Made by a program: the position numbers and the translations under genes | The notes under the pieces: generated by a model | Told to the model about the DNA's origin: nothing | What the model saw: the letters and a program-made list of their open reading frames with translations, nothing else | The model's database searches: none | In this document: positions 21,035 to 30,820 of the stretch, one piece after another | Numbering within the stretch: position 1 is the stretch's first letter | Layout: the number at the start of each line of letters is the position of its first letter | Origin: Xanthobacteraceae bacterium | GTDB taxonomy: Bacteria > Pseudomonadota > Alphaproteobacteria > Rhizobiales > Xanthobacteraceae | Assembly: GCA_035764045.1 (NCBI GenBank) | Contig: DASTZX010000118.1 | Span: forward strand, 146-64,145 | Reading direction: 5' to 3' | DNA: 64,000 nucleotides

Positions 21035-22198
21035 ATGGATATCCTCGCGCTTTCCTGTTCCCTGATCTGGCTGCTCCTGGTCGCAATGCTTATCATCCGC
21101 GCCGCTCGCCAGCGCGGGCAGCTGCCGGTCCTTGCACCGACCGCGTCCTTGGACGCGCGCGCGCCGACGCTCGCAGTGATCGTTCCGGCGCGGGACGAGG
21201 CGGCCAATATCGGCCCGTGCCTGCGCACCTTGCTGGAGCAGGATTACCCCGCCGAGCGCTGCTCCATTCTGGTCGTCGACGACCAGTCCGTTGATGCAAC
21301 GCCGAACATCGTCGCCGCGATGAGTCGCGAGGACAAGCGGCTGCGGCTGCTGCGCAGCCCGCCCCTGCCGGCAGGCTGGACCGGCAAATCACACGCTTGC
21401 TGCCTCGGAGCGCGGGCGGTCGCGCCGGGGACCGAATGGTTGTGTTTCATCGATGCGGACATGAGAGGCACCCCGAGCTTGCTCGCGAGCGCGTTGCAAT
21501 CGGCCCAGCGCGACGGCATCGATCTCCTCATGCTGGCGCCGCGCCACGTGCTGCGGAGCTTCGCCGAGCGCCTCGTCATTCCGTGCGGCCTGTTCGTCCT
21601 CGCGTTCCTGCAGAACCTCGGCGCCCGTCAGGTGCGTGAAACACATGATGTGATCGCAACCGGCCAGTTCATGGTCATCCGCACCGACGCCTACGAGACG
21701 ATCGGCGGCCATGCGGCGGTGCGCGCCGCGATCTCCGAGGACCTCGAGCTCGCGCGCCGCTGCAAGCGGTCCGATCGCGTCGTCCTCCTGATGGACGGAC
21801 AAGAGCTGTTGTCGGGCCGCATGTACACGGGTTGGCGCACCCTGTGGCCGGGTTTTGCCAAGAACCTGGTGGACCTGCTCGGCGGTCCCCTTGCGACTGC
21901 CGTGACCGCGACGGCCACTGTGATGCTGGCCTGGGCCGCACTCGCCGTGCCGGCGCTCGCTGCCGTACGCGCTGCTCAGGATTCGGGAGGCTTGGGCCCG
22001 GTGCCGCTCGCACTGGCAATCACCGCATCGGCCGCGCTGTTCGCCCTCCACATCGCCGGAGCGATCTACTTCCGCATTCCATTTTGGTACGGGCTGCTGT
22101 TTCCGATCGGCTATACGGCCGGCGCGCTCATCGCCGCGGACAGCATCCGGCAGCGCTGGCAGGCGCGCGTGACCTGGAAGGGCCGCGTCTATTCATGA
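21035..22198 (+). CDS. Family 2 glycosyltransferase, membrane-bound
   Basis: ATG at 21035. N-terminal TM segment, then LAVIVPARDEAANIGPCLRTLLEQDYP...ILVVDDQSVDAT...GWTGKSHA...FIDADM (DxD), and C-terminal TM helices. Confidence 0.8.
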   Translation: MDILALSCSLIWLLLVAMLIIRAARQRGQLPVLAPTASLDARAPTLAVIVPARDEAANIGPCLRTLLEQDYPAERCSILVVDDQSVDATPNIVAAMSREDKRLRLLRSPPLPAGWTGKSHACCLGARAVAPGTEWLCFIDADMRGTPSLLASALQSAQRDGIDLLMLAPRHVLRSFAERLVIPCGLFVLAFLQNLGARQVRETHDVIATGQFMVIRTDAYETIGGHAAVRAAISEDLELARRCKRSDRVVLLMDGQELLSGRMYTGWRTLWPGFAKNLVDLLGGPLATAVTATATVMLAWAALAVPALAAVRAAQDSGGLGPVPLALAITASAALFALHIAGAIYFRIPFWYGLLFPIGYTAGALIAADSIRQRWQARVTWKGRVYS

Positions 22199-23277
22199 GC
22201 AAGCACGCCGACAAGAGCGAAGTACCATACGGCGAGCCTGAGAATACGCGGCGCCGAGCGGCCTCGCGCGAACGCGTCCCGATCTTCATTGCGGTCGGCA
22301 TCGGTTTCGTCATCCTCTATCTCATACAGCCGATCCTGCTGCCGTTCCTGTTCTCCGGCATTGTGGGCTTCCTGGCGGCGCCGCTTTTGACGTGGTGCGC
22401 GCGCCGAACCGGTCTGCCGCGGTGGCTGTTCGCCGCTTTGCTCTTCGTGCTGATCCTGGCGGCCATTCTCGGCGCCGCATATCTGGTCGTTCCTCGCATG
22501 CTCAGCGAGGCCCGGGCGATGCTCCACGACTTCGAGCCGACGCTCGCCTCGATGATACGCCAGTTCCTCGGCGAACAATCGCTACAGGTGCTCGGAGAGC
22601 AGCTCAATCCAGCCGAATTGGCCCAGAAGATCGTCTCCATCCTGCGCGAACAGCTGAGCCAGGCCGGAACACTGACCAAGGTGGCGGAGTGGAGTTTCGC
22701 GGGAATTTTTGGCTTCTTTCTCACTCTGGTGCTGCTGTTCTATTGCCTTGCCGCCGGGCCGCGGTTGGGTGCTGGACTTCTCTGGCTCGTGCCGCCGCTG
22801 CACCGCGATGCCACCGCGCGCATCTGGGCGCGCCTCGATCCGGTGCTGCGCCGCTATTTTCTCGGCGTGCTGGTGGTCGTGATCTATGCGACCGGCGCTG
22901 CGTATCTGGGTCTCGGCCTCATTCTCGGCATCCATCACGCCTTGCTGCTCGCCATCCTCACCGGCCTGCTCGAGATGATCCCGGTCATCGGCCCGATTAG
23001 CTCGGCGGTGATCGCCGGCCTGGTCGCGGTGCGCTATGCGACCGGACTCGACAGTATCATTGAGTACGCAATCTACGCGACGGTGCTCCGCCTCTCGATC
23101 GACGAACTGTTGGGCCCCGTGGTGCTGGGACGAGCCGCCCACGTGCATCCCGTCATGGTCATTTTCTGCTTCCTGGCCGGCGGCATTCTCTTTGGTATTC
23201 CCGGGGTGATCATGGCGATTCCCGTGGCTTTGGGATTCAAGCATTCGCTCGCCGTCCTCTACGACGAGCCCGTTTGA
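22195..23277 (+). CDS. AI-2E family transporter (PerM/UPF0118)
   Basis: The start overlaps the glycosyltransferase stop (ATGA). Polytopic, with ...LLEMIPVIGPISSAVIAGLVAV...GIPGVIMAIPVA..., typical of AI-2E family permeases. Confidence 0.85.
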   Translation: MSKHADKSEVPYGEPENTRRRAASRERVPIFIAVGIGFVILYLIQPILLPFLFSGIVGFLAAPLLTWCARRTGLPRWLFAALLFVLILAAILGAAYLVVPRMLSEARAMLHDFEPTLASMIRQFLGEQSLQVLGEQLNPAELAQKIVSILREQLSQAGTLTKVAEWSFAGIFGFFLTLVLLFYCLAAGPRLGAGLLWLVPPLHRDATARIWARLDPVLRRYFLGVLVVVIYATGAAYLGLGLILGIHHALLLAILTGLLEMIPVIGPISSAVIAGLVAVRYATGLDSIIEYAIYATVLRLSIDELLGPVVLGRAAHVHPVMVIFCFLAGGILFGIPGVIMAIPVALGFKHSLAVLYDEPV

Positions 23278-23436
23278 ACACGATCAATCCGACATGAGTC
23301 GTAAATCGGACGGCCCGCGCGGCAAACTCGGCGCGAGACCGTACTTCCGCCGCTCGGTGACGTGACGCGGCGGCAACTTTCCTCTCGTGTCGCCGTTGTA
23401 TGGCCGAAGGGCGATCCTGCCACACGGGATTCACCG

Positions 23437-24120
23437 ATGACCGCCTTGTTTAATGCGGGTCGGGACGAAGGACATGTCCGCGCCTGGCTCTCTGAACTGG
23501 TTTTCGCATTCGACGGAATTCTCAGGCAGCGTCAACAGGTGTTTGAGTTCACCTCGGATCCGGCCTGCATTTTTCGCGCGCAGCTCGCTCGCGCCGAGCG
23601 TGCCTTCGACTTGGCAGACGGCACGCGGGTACGTCCTGGCGATCGCATGCTCAATCTGCATTATTGGAACGAGCAGATTCCGCGCGTGCCGCCGGCGGGC
23701 GCGACCATTGGGTGGGCGCGGCAATTCCGTCGTCAGATGGAATTATCGCTCTGCGAGCTTGGCCGATACTGCGCGCAGACTCCCGAGCTGTTCGACATCG
23801 TCGCTATCGCCGCCAATGTCGCCCAGGGCACGCGCGAGCAGCGCGATCAGCTCACCAATATCATGCGTCGATTCGGGTTCGCGCCGCCCGTTGCGATCGA
23901 GCCCACGCGCTCGGATGCACGGCTGCGGCGGCTGGGCGAGAACGTTCTGATCACGGTGTTCATCTTGGCGCGCAATCCGATGGTGCTGCGGGCCGATACC
24001 CTTTGGCGGGATCGTACCGAGCTGTTCCTGTCGCGAACGGCTCTCGCCGAGCGCTTCGGCCGGCCCCGGCGATGCGCTGACTCAAGCCCACGAGTTGAGA
24101 GTCGATGGCGCACACCTTGA
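23437..24120 (+). CDS. Hypothetical protein, translationally coupled to the downstream glycosyltransferase
   Basis: MTALFNAGRDEGHVRAWLSELVFAFDGILRQRQQVFEF...IFRAQLARAERAFDLADGTRVRPGDRMLNLHYWNEQIP... No catalytic motif recognised. It overlaps the next gene by 16 nt. There is a tentative recollection of small proteins adjacent to GT2/deacetylase genes (YkoP-like); this is unverified. Confidence 0.5.
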   Translation: MTALFNAGRDEGHVRAWLSELVFAFDGILRQRQQVFEFTSDPACIFRAQLARAERAFDLADGTRVRPGDRMLNLHYWNEQIPRVPPAGATIGWARQFRRQMELSLCELGRYCAQTPELFDIVAIAANVAQGTREQRDQLTNIMRRFGFAPPVAIEPTRSDARLRRLGENVLITVFILARNPMVLRADTLWRDRTELFLSRTALAERFGRPRRCADSSPRVESRWRTP

Positions 24121-25256
24121 AATTTCTCGCCGACGTCAGCATCGCGGGCGCCCTGGTCGGCTGCGCCTATATGCTCTTTGTCAGCATCGTAGTCTGGCGA
24201 TTTCAACCGTTCGCACGCAGCCGCTCGGCCGCGTACCCTCCGGTCAGCGTCCTCAAGCCGCTGCATGGTGCCGAGCCGGATCTCTTCGACCGTCTTGCCT
24301 CGCTCTGCGCCCAAGACTACCCGGGCCGTCTCGAGCTGGTCTGCGGGGTGCAGGCGGCCTCCGATCCGGCGATCGAGGTGGTGCGCCGGTTGCAGGAACG
24401 CTTTTCCGACGTGCCCATCATGATCCATGTGGACTCGCGCCAGCACGGCTCCAATCGCAAGGTGTCGAACCTGATCAACATGCTGCCGTTCGCGCGGCAC
24501 GACACGCTGATCATGTGCGACAGCGACATGGAGGTCGGGCCCGACTATGTGGCTGCCACCGTGGCCACCCTCCAGCAGCCGGGGGTCGGAGCGGTCACCT
24601 GCCTGTACCACGGAGTTGCGGGCGAGAGCGTCCCAAGCCGGCTTGCGGCGCTTGCCATCAACACGCAGTTCTTGCCGCAGGTCGTGGCCGCGCTGCGCTT
24701 GCGCCTGGCGCAGCCGTGCCTGGGCGCAACCATCGCGATCCGCCGGCAGGTCCTCGCTCAGATCGGCGGCCTGCGCGCCTTCGCGGACGTGCTGGCGGAG
24801 GATTATGCGATCGGCAAGGCGGTGCGCGAGGCGGGCCTCGAAGTCGCACTCATACCGGGATCGCTCGGCCACGCCTGTTTGGACTGCGGAACATCAAGGA
24901 TGTTGTCGCGCGAGCTGCGCGTCGCACGCACCATCAAGGTGATCGATCCGATCGGCTATGCGGGCACCGCGATCGCGCATCCGTTCGCCCTCGCTTCGTT
25001 CGGCGCCTTGCTGGGCGGGACCGGCGCCGGCGCCGCGCTTCTTGGAGCCCTGGCGTGTCGAATCGTCTTGTGCCTCGTGGTGCAACGCACCTTTCGGTTG
25101 CCGACACAGCCCTATTGGCTCATTCCCCTGCACGACCTCGCGGCGTTCGCGATCTACGTCGTCAGTTTTGCCGGAAGCACGGTCACCTGGCAGGGATACA
25201 AGTACCGCGTCGCGAATGACGGCACCATGGTCGAGCAGGTGGGCCGCGCCGGATGA
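24105..25256 (+). CDS. Glycosyltransferase of the ceramide-glucosyltransferase / HpnI-like (GT21-type) group
   Basis: VSVLKPLHGAEPDLFDRLASLCAQDYP...GSNRKVSNLINM...CDSDM... and an (R)ELRVARTI motif resembling (Q/R)xxRW. N- and C-terminal TM helices. Confidence 0.78.
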   Translation: MAHTLKFLADVSIAGALVGCAYMLFVSIVVWRFQPFARSRSAAYPPVSVLKPLHGAEPDLFDRLASLCAQDYPGRLELVCGVQAASDPAIEVVRRLQERFSDVPIMIHVDSRQHGSNRKVSNLINMLPFARHDTLIMCDSDMEVGPDYVAATVATLQQPGVGAVTCLYHGVAGESVPSRLAALAINTQFLPQVVAALRLRLAQPCLGATIAIRRQVLAQIGGLRAFADVLAEDYAIGKAVREAGLEVALIPGSLGHACLDCGTSRMLSRELRVARTIKVIDPIGYAGTAIAHPFALASFGALLGGTGAGAALLGALACRIVLCLVVQRTFRLPTQPYWLIPLHDLAAFAIYVVSFAGSTVTWQGYKYRVANDGTMVEQVGRAG

Positions 25257-25265
25257 CTTGCGACG

Positions 25266-26360
25266 TCAATGGGCGTCCTCTTCGCCCGGCACCGGGGTTT
25301 CCTCCCCGAGCGTATCCCGCACGTACAGCTTCTTGACGAGGACGAAGATCAGCACCGCGAGCGGGCTCGCCAACGGGATCGCCGCGACGCCGAACAGCGA
25401 TCCGATGGCGGCGATCCCGAGCAGGATCACGGCGGGCGGAATGAAGACCATGTAGCGCTGAATGAACGGCATGACGACGTGGCCTTCCGCCTGATGGATC
25501 AGCAGGTACGCGACGATCGTCCAGATGACCGCATCGAAGCCCTGCGTCGCGGCGACCAGGATGGCGGGGATCGCGGCAATGATCGGCCCCACGTAAGGGA
25601 TGAACTCGGCGATCCCGGCGATGAGGCCGAGCGCCAGGAACGACGGCAGGCCGATCATCCACACCGCCAGCGTCGAAAGCGCGCCGATCATGACCATCTC
25701 GATCAACTGACCCAGCAGCCACAGGCGAAGTGACGTGCCCACCGCAACGATGGTCTCCTCGACCTCGCGGTGGAGACGCGGCGGGAATAGCTGGACCAGC
25801 CCGTACAGATACAGATTTGGCTGCGCGGCGAAGAACACGCCGGCCACCACCGCGACCAGGAGGGCTCCGATGAGGCCGGCACTGATCTTGAAGACGCTTG
25901 GAATCAGGCCGACGAGATTAACCCCTTGCTGGACGTGCCCGAGCAGCATCTTGCCCAGGTTGGAACTCTGGATCGAATTGACGATGTTGCTTTGACCTGA
26001 TGCCGCGCGTTGCAGGACGTCCTGGAATTCGACCGCCATGCGGCTGCCGAACAGGTACGCTGTGCCGGCGACGATGGCGAGGATCACCAGGCCGGAGATC
26101 GCCAATGCGAGATGCCGCGGAGCTTTGAGCCAACGCATGAGGGGATCGGCGCCGAGCTCGAGCAGCGCGCTGATCAGCAGCGCCGCGATCGCAATCAGGA
26201 TCACGTCGAACAGGTACCAGACGAGGACCGGAACGAGCGCAATCGCAATCGCAATGAAGCAGCGTACGACGAACTCCGACCGGCTGAGAGGGGTCCGGAG
26301 ATCTCGTGATCGGCCATCCGGAGCGACGCCGAGCGGGGCGCGCTGCTCATGCGGGCCCAT
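25266..26360 (-). CDS. AI-2E family transporter (second paralogue)
   Basis: Polytopic, with ...IAEFIPYVGPIIAAIPAILVAA...HVVMPFIQRYM... Convergent with the glycosyltransferase gene. Confidence 0.85.
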   Translation of the reverse strand: MGPHEQRAPLGVAPDGRSRDLRTPLSRSEFVVRCFIAIAIALVPVLVWYLFDVILIAIAALLISALLELGADPLMRWLKAPRHLALAISGLVILAIVAGTAYLFGSRMAVEFQDVLQRAASGQSNIVNSIQSSNLGKMLLGHVQQGVNLVGLIPSVFKISAGLIGALLVAVVAGVFFAAQPNLYLYGLVQLFPPRLHREVEETIVAVGTSLRLWLLGQLIEMVMIGALSTLAVWMIGLPSFLALGLIAGIAEFIPYVGPIIAAIPAILVAATQGFDAVIWTIVAYLLIHQAEGHVVMPFIQRYMVFIPPAVILLGIAAIGSLFGVAAIPLASPLAVLIFVLVKKLYVRDTLGEETPVPGEEDAH

Positions 26361-26569
26361 GAGGTTATCGCAGGCGAGTTCGAGGCATTTTCACGCCAAA
26401 CAAACGAACGTCAACGGCGTTCCTTCGAGCCGCGCGGGCGTACCCGCCGAAATGCTGCGATCGACCCGGGGGGACCGTACGATCGCGGCCGTGACAAGTG
26501 GCACACCGCCGAACCAGTCGTTCAATGCATCGTTATTCCGTGGGTGGAGTGAGCATACAGGAGGAATTC

Positions 26570-26770
26570 ATGCGTGCCTTATTGATGGCGAGCGCCTTGT
26601 CCGCTCTGCTGTTCGCGCCAGTCGGAGCCTACGCGGCGGGCGCAGGTCAGCAGTCGACGGGCGCTCAGTCCGATTTGCGACAAAACGTCAAGGCGAAACA
26701 CTCGACCTACAAGCGTCATCAAATCATTCGGTCGGAGCTCAATAAGAACAAGCCGGATGTCCGCCGCTGA
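26570..26770 (+). CDS. Small secreted basic protein (66 aa, function unknown)
   Basis: AGGAGG lies 6-7 nt before the ATG at 26570. Signal peptide MRALLMASALSALLFAPVGAYA|AG, then a Lys/Arg-rich tail. Confidence 0.45.
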   Translation: MRALLMASALSALLFAPVGAYAAGAGQQSTGAQSDLRQNVKAKHSTYKRHQIIRSELNKNKPDVRR

Positions 26771-26786
26771 TTCCCTGCCCTGGCCG

Positions 26787-28184
26787 TCACTGTGAGCGGC
26801 CGCGGACACCCGGAAGGGCGCGCACCAGTTCGCGAAACGCATCACCCCGTATCTCGAAATTGGCAAACTGGTCGAACGAGGCACAGGCCGGCGACAATAG
26901 AACCACCGCGCCGTCGCGTCCCGAGGCCTCGGCGTCCTTTGCGGCTGCCGCCACGGCGCGGTCGAGCGTCTGAACGATCACGTGATCGGCCTTGCCATCG
27001 AGCGTAGCGGCGAAATCGGCCGCCGCCTCGCCGATGAGATAGGCCTTGCGGATGCGTGGGAAGAACTCCGCCAGCGAGACGATGCCGCCGGTCTTCGGCT
27101 TGCCACCCGCGATCCAGAAAATGTCCGTGAAACAGGCGAGCGCGCGCGCGGCGGCGTCGGCGTTGGTCGCCTTCGAGTCATTCACGAAGAGAATGTCGCC
27201 CTTGCGGCCGATCTCCTCCATGCGATGAGCAAGCCCGGGAAACGACCACAGCCCCTGTTGGATCGCCTTGGCATCGAGTCCCAGAGCGAGCGCGGCCGCG
27301 GTCGCGCAGGCGGCGTTCTGCGCATTGTGCACGCCGCGCAACGAGCCGATGCCGCCGAGCAGGGCAATCGGCTTGGTGGCCCCCCCGGACGCACGGATGA
27401 TCTCCTCCCCCTGCACGTAAATGCCGTCGCCGAGCGCACCCCGCACCGACACGCGAACCACGTTCTTGCCGGCGCGCGCGATCCGATCCGCCGCGGCCCG
27501 GCACCACTCATCGTCGACGCCGATCACGGCCGTGTCCTGCACGCGTGCGACCAGGCGCTCCTTGACGGCCGCATATTCCTTGAGCGTACCGTGGCGATCG
27601 AGATGATCCTCGCTGACGTTCAGCAGAACGCCGATCCTGGGATCGAGGGTCGGTGCGAGATCGATCTGGTATGACGAGCACTCGATCACGTGCGCGCGCC
27701 CGGAGTCCGGTGGCGTGAGCGACAGTATCGCCGTGCCGATATTGCCGCCGAGCTGGACGTCGTAGCCAGCTGTGGCGAGCAGATGCGCGATCAAAGCCGT
27801 GGTGGTCGACTTGCCGTTGGTCCCCGTGATCGCGACGAACGGCGAATCGGCCGCGAGCCGCCGCCGCTCGCGGCAGAAGAGCTCGATGTCGCCGATCACC
27901 TCCACGCCGGCGGCACGCGCGCGTTGCACTGTCCAGTGCGGCGTCGGATGGGTGAGCGGCACGCCGGGCGCAAGCACCAGCGCCGCGATGCGCGACCAGT
28001 CCAGTTCGCGCAGGTCGGCAGTCGGAATGCCGGCCTGGCGTGCATGCGCAATGCGCTTGCTGTCGTCGTCCCAGCCGATCACGTCGGCGCCACCCGCGAA
28101 CAGCGCGCTCGCGCTCGCGAGCCCGGAGCCGCCGAGCCCGAACACCGCGACCTTCCGGTCCGCGAATGAGGTGACCGGGATCAT
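26787..28184 (-). CDS. murD: UDP-N-acetylmuramoylalanine--D-glutamate ligase
   Basis: ATG at 28184 gives [28 protein letters not shown]...[14 protein letters not shown]... The track ORF to 28928 is an out-of-frame run through mraY. Confidence 0.93.
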   Translation of the reverse strand: MIPVTSFADRKVAVFGLGGSGLASASALFAGGADVIGWDDDSKRIAHARQAGIPTADLRELDWSRIAALVLAPGVPLTHPTPHWTVQRARAAGVEVIGDIELFCRERRRLAADSPFVAITGTNGKSTTTALIAHLLATAGYDVQLGGNIGTAILSLTPPDSGRAHVIECSSYQIDLAPTLDPRIGVLLNVSEDHLDRHGTLKEYAAVKERLVARVQDTAVIGVDDEWCRAAADRIARAGKNVVRVSVRGALGDGIYVQGEEIIRASGGATKPIALLGGIGSLRGVHNAQNAACATAAALALGLDAKAIQQGLWSFPGLAHRMEEIGRKGDILFVNDSKATNADAAARALACFTDIFWIAGGKPKTGGIVSLAEFFPRIRKAYLIGEAAADFAATLDGKADHVIVQTLDRAVAAAAKDAEASGRDGAVVLLSPACASFDQFANFEIRGDAFRELVRALPGVRGRSQ

Positions 28185-28200
28185 GGCGCGTACCGCCGTT

Positions 28201-28240
28201 CCCCTTCCCACTCTCCCGCGCCAGCGGGGGAGTGGGTGCG
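28201..28240. repeat. GC-rich palindromic (REP-like) unit in the murD-mraY spacer
   Basis: CCCACTCTCCCGC-gcca-GCGGGGGAGTGGG, a 13-bp stem with one mismatch at 28207-28236. Same subfamily as 7617-7655 (tcccactctccc..cg..agcgggggag). Confidence 0.55.
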
Positions 28241-28276
28241 AAGCGCGTTCGGAGAAACAGTGCTCTCCATCTCGCT

Positions 28277-29362
28277 TCACCTCAGCTTCAGCGTCGACAG
28301 CCCCGCCAATGCGAGCACGATGGAGATGATCCAGAACCGGATCACGATCTGCGGCTCGGTCCAGCCGAGTTGCTCGAAATGGTGATGCAACGGCGCCATC
28401 TTGAACACCCGTTTGCCGGTCAGCTTGAACGAGACCACCTGCACGATGACCGACACGGCCTCGAGCACGAACAGCCCGCCGATGATGGCGAGCGCGACCT
28501 CGTGCTTGGTTGCGACCGCGACGGTGCCGATCAGTCCGCCGAGCGCGAGCGAACCCGTGTCGCCCATGAAGATCGATGCGGGGGGCGCGTTGAACCAAAG
28601 GAACCCGAGGCCCGCTCCGATCACCGCGCCGCACAGCACCGCAAGCTCGCCCGCGCCGGAGACGAAATGGATCTGCAGGTAGTCGGCGTAGAGCGCATTG
28701 CCGACCAGGTAGGCGATGAACCCGAAGCTCGCCGCCGCGATCATCACCGGGCCGATCGCAAGCCCATCGAGGCCATCGGTCAGGTTCACCGCATTGCCTG
28801 CCCCCACGATGATGAAAGCGCCGAACACGACGAAGAACCAGCCAAGGTCGACGACCAGCTCCTTGAACAGGGGAAATGTGAGCGAGGTCGAGAATGCCGG
28901 TCGCCCGATCTTGGCGAGCGTATAGCACGCGGCTGCCGCGATGACGGCTTCGATCAGCAGGCGCGCACGGCCCGCAAAGCCGCCATGGGTCTGCTTGGTG
29001 ACCTTGAGGTAGTCATCATAAAAGCCGACGGCGCCGAAACCGATCGTCACCCCGAGCACCACCCAGACGTACGGGTTGAGCAGATTGGCCCACAGCACGA
29101 TCGCGACCAGCAGGCCGGACAGGATCATCAGCCCGCCCATCGTCGGCGTGCCCTTCTTGGTGAGCAGGTGCGACGCCGGCCCGTCGAGACGGATCGGTTG
29201 GCCCTTGCCCTGCTTGAGCCGCAACAGGTCGATGATGCTCGGCCCCAGCCAGAATACGAAGATCAGCGCCGTCACGGTCGCCCCGCCGGTGCGCACCGTC
29301 AGATAGCGAAAGACGTTGAGCACCGAGATGGTGTCGGCGAAGGAGGACATCCAATAAAGCAT
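28277..29362 (-). CDS. mraY: Phospho-N-acetylmuramoyl-pentapeptide transferase
   Basis: [28 protein letters not shown]...[15 protein letters not shown]... Confidence 0.97.
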   Translation of the reverse strand: MLYWMSSFADTISVLNVFRYLTVRTGGATVTALIFVFWLGPSIIDLLRLKQGKGQPIRLDGPASHLLTKKGTPTMGGLMILSGLLVAIVLWANLLNPYVWVVLGVTIGFGAVGFYDDYLKVTKQTHGGFAGRARLLIEAVIAAAACYTLAKIGRPAFSTSLTFPLFKELVVDLGWFFVVFGAFIIVGAGNAVNLTDGLDGLAIGPVMIAAASFGFIAYLVGNALYADYLQIHFVSGAGELAVLCGAVIGAGLGFLWFNAPPASIFMGDTGSLALGGLIGTVAVATKHEVALAIIGGLFVLEAVSVIVQVVSFKLTGKRVFKMAPLHHHFEQLGWTEPQIVIRFWIISIVLALAGLSTLKLR

Positions 29363-29365
29363 CGG

Positions 29366-30820
29366 TCAGCCTCGAGCGGGGATGCCGGTGGAGACGAGGT
29401 CGGGCGCGGCAGGCATCGGATAGCGCCGCACCAGCGTCTTGACGATCGGCCCCATGCGCGAGCCGAACGAGCCTTTGATCATGATGACATCGCCGCCGCG
29501 GATCGCATCGACGACCTCGGCTTCGAGCGCCGCCGCATCCTTGGCATAGGCGCCGCGACGCTCGGCGGGAAGCGCCTGCCAGAGCGCCTTCATCAACGGT
29601 CCGGCGCAGTAGACGAGATCGATGCCCTGATCGCACAGCGGACCCGCCAGCTCACGATGCAGCTCGGGTCCGCGCGGCCCGAGCTCCAGCATGTCGCCGA
29701 GAACCGCGATGCGCCGGCCCTTCGCGCCGACCGGCCTCTGCCCGAGCAGCGCGAAAGCGGCGCGCATCGACAGCGGGTTGGCGTTGTAGCTCTCGTCGAT
29801 CAGCACCGCCCCACCGCCCGGTACGCCGAGCGCGATGCGCGTCCCGCGGCCGACCGCCGGCGCCTGATCGGCAAGCGCGAGCGCGGCGAGCGCGAGCTCG
29901 GCGCCGGCGAGCTTGGCCGCCGCGAGCACCGCGAGCGAATTGAGCACCAGATGCTTGCCGGGCGCGCCGATCTGGTAGGCGACGCGTTCGCCGAGAATGT
30001 CGGCCTCCACGGTCGAGCCCTCCGGCTGGAGCGCGAAGCGCACAAGCCGCGCCTCCGCCTGGGCGTGCTCGCCGAACGTCACGATCCGCGCGACCGAGGC
30101 CTCGCGGGCGCGGCGCTCGAGCCTTGCGAACTGTGCATTGTCGCGGTTGATCACGGCGACGCCCTCGGGCTCGAATCCGAGAAATATCTCCGCCTTCGCG
30201 TCGGCGATCGCTTCGATCGAAGGGAAGAATTCGAGGTGCACCGGAGCGACGGTGGTGATGATCGCGATATGCGGCCGCACCAATCGGACGAGCGGGGTGA
30301 TCTCGCCGGCATGATTCATGCCGATCTCGAAGACACCGTAGCGCGCCGCTTGCGGCAGGCGCGCGAGCGACAGCGGAACGCCCCAGTGATTGTTGAACGA
30401 CGCGACCGAGGCATGCACTTCGCCGTTGCGCGCCAGCGCGAGCCGTAGTGCCTCCTTGGTCGATGTCTTGCCGACCGAGCCGGTGACCGCGATCACCTTC
30501 GCGCTGCTGCGCGCGCGCGCCGCCGCTGCAAGATCGCGCAGGCCTGCGAGCACGTCGGGCACCACGAGCAGCGGCGCATCCTTTGGCACCTCGCCGCGCT
30601 TGGCGCGGGCGATCACCGCAACGCCGGCGCCGTTGGCGAGGGCGCCCGCGACGAAACCGTGGCCGTCGTGGGTGTCGCCCTTGATCGCGAAGAACGCCTC
30701 GCCGGGTGCGATCGAGCGGCTGTCGATCGAGAGCCCACCGACCGCCTGCGGCAGCGCGCCGGCGCGCTCGGCGCGCATCGCCGCGGCCAGCGCATCGACC
30801 GTCCACAAAGGGGCGCTCAT
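29366..30820 (-). CDS. murF: UDP-N-acetylmuramoyl-tripeptide--D-alanyl-D-alanine ligase
   Basis: Mur ligase with VTGSVGKTSTKE. Overlaps the murE stop by 4 nt. Confidence 0.93.
   Translation of the reverse strand: MSAPLWTVDALAAAMRAERAGALPQAVGGLSIDSRSIAPGEAFFAIKGDTHDGHGFVAGALANGAGVAVIARAKRGEVPKDAPLLVVPDVLAGLRDLAAAARARSSAKVIAVTGSVGKTSTKEALRLALARNGEVHASVASFNNHWGVPLSLARLPQAARYGVFEIGMNHAGEITPLVRLVRPHIAIITTVAPVHLEFFPSIEAIADAKAEIFLGFEPEGVAVINRDNAQFARLERRAREASVARIVTFGEHAQAEARLVRFALQPEGSTVEADILGERVAYQIGAPGKHLVLNSLAVLAAAKLAGAELALAALALADQAPAVGRGTRIALGVPGGGAVLIDESYNANPLSMRAAFALLGQRPVGAKGRRIAVLGDMLELGPRGPELHRELAGPLCDQGIDLVYCAGPLMKALWQALPAERRGAYAKDAAALEAEVVDAIRGGDVIMIKGSFGSRMGPIVKTLVRRYPMPAAPDLVSTGIPARG

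Noticed and set aside
12343-26786. Calling the murD-ftsW insert a mobile genomic island
   Set aside because: No integrase, transposase, tRNA or flanking direct repeats were found, and no compositional shift is visible by eye. It is reported as a synteny break, not as a mobile element.
28232-30448. 738-aa plus-strand ORF antisense to mraY and murF. Similar long antisense ORFs are 41714..43918 (+), 45553..47859 (+), 48221..50230 (-), 56171..58054 (+), 30706..32346 (+) and 32474..34129 (+).
   Set aside because: All lie opposite strongly recognisable genes (Mur ligases, binding proteins, MFS, oxoprolinase, metH, ftsI). All have the Arg/Asp/His/Gly-rich composition of antisense high-GC frames.
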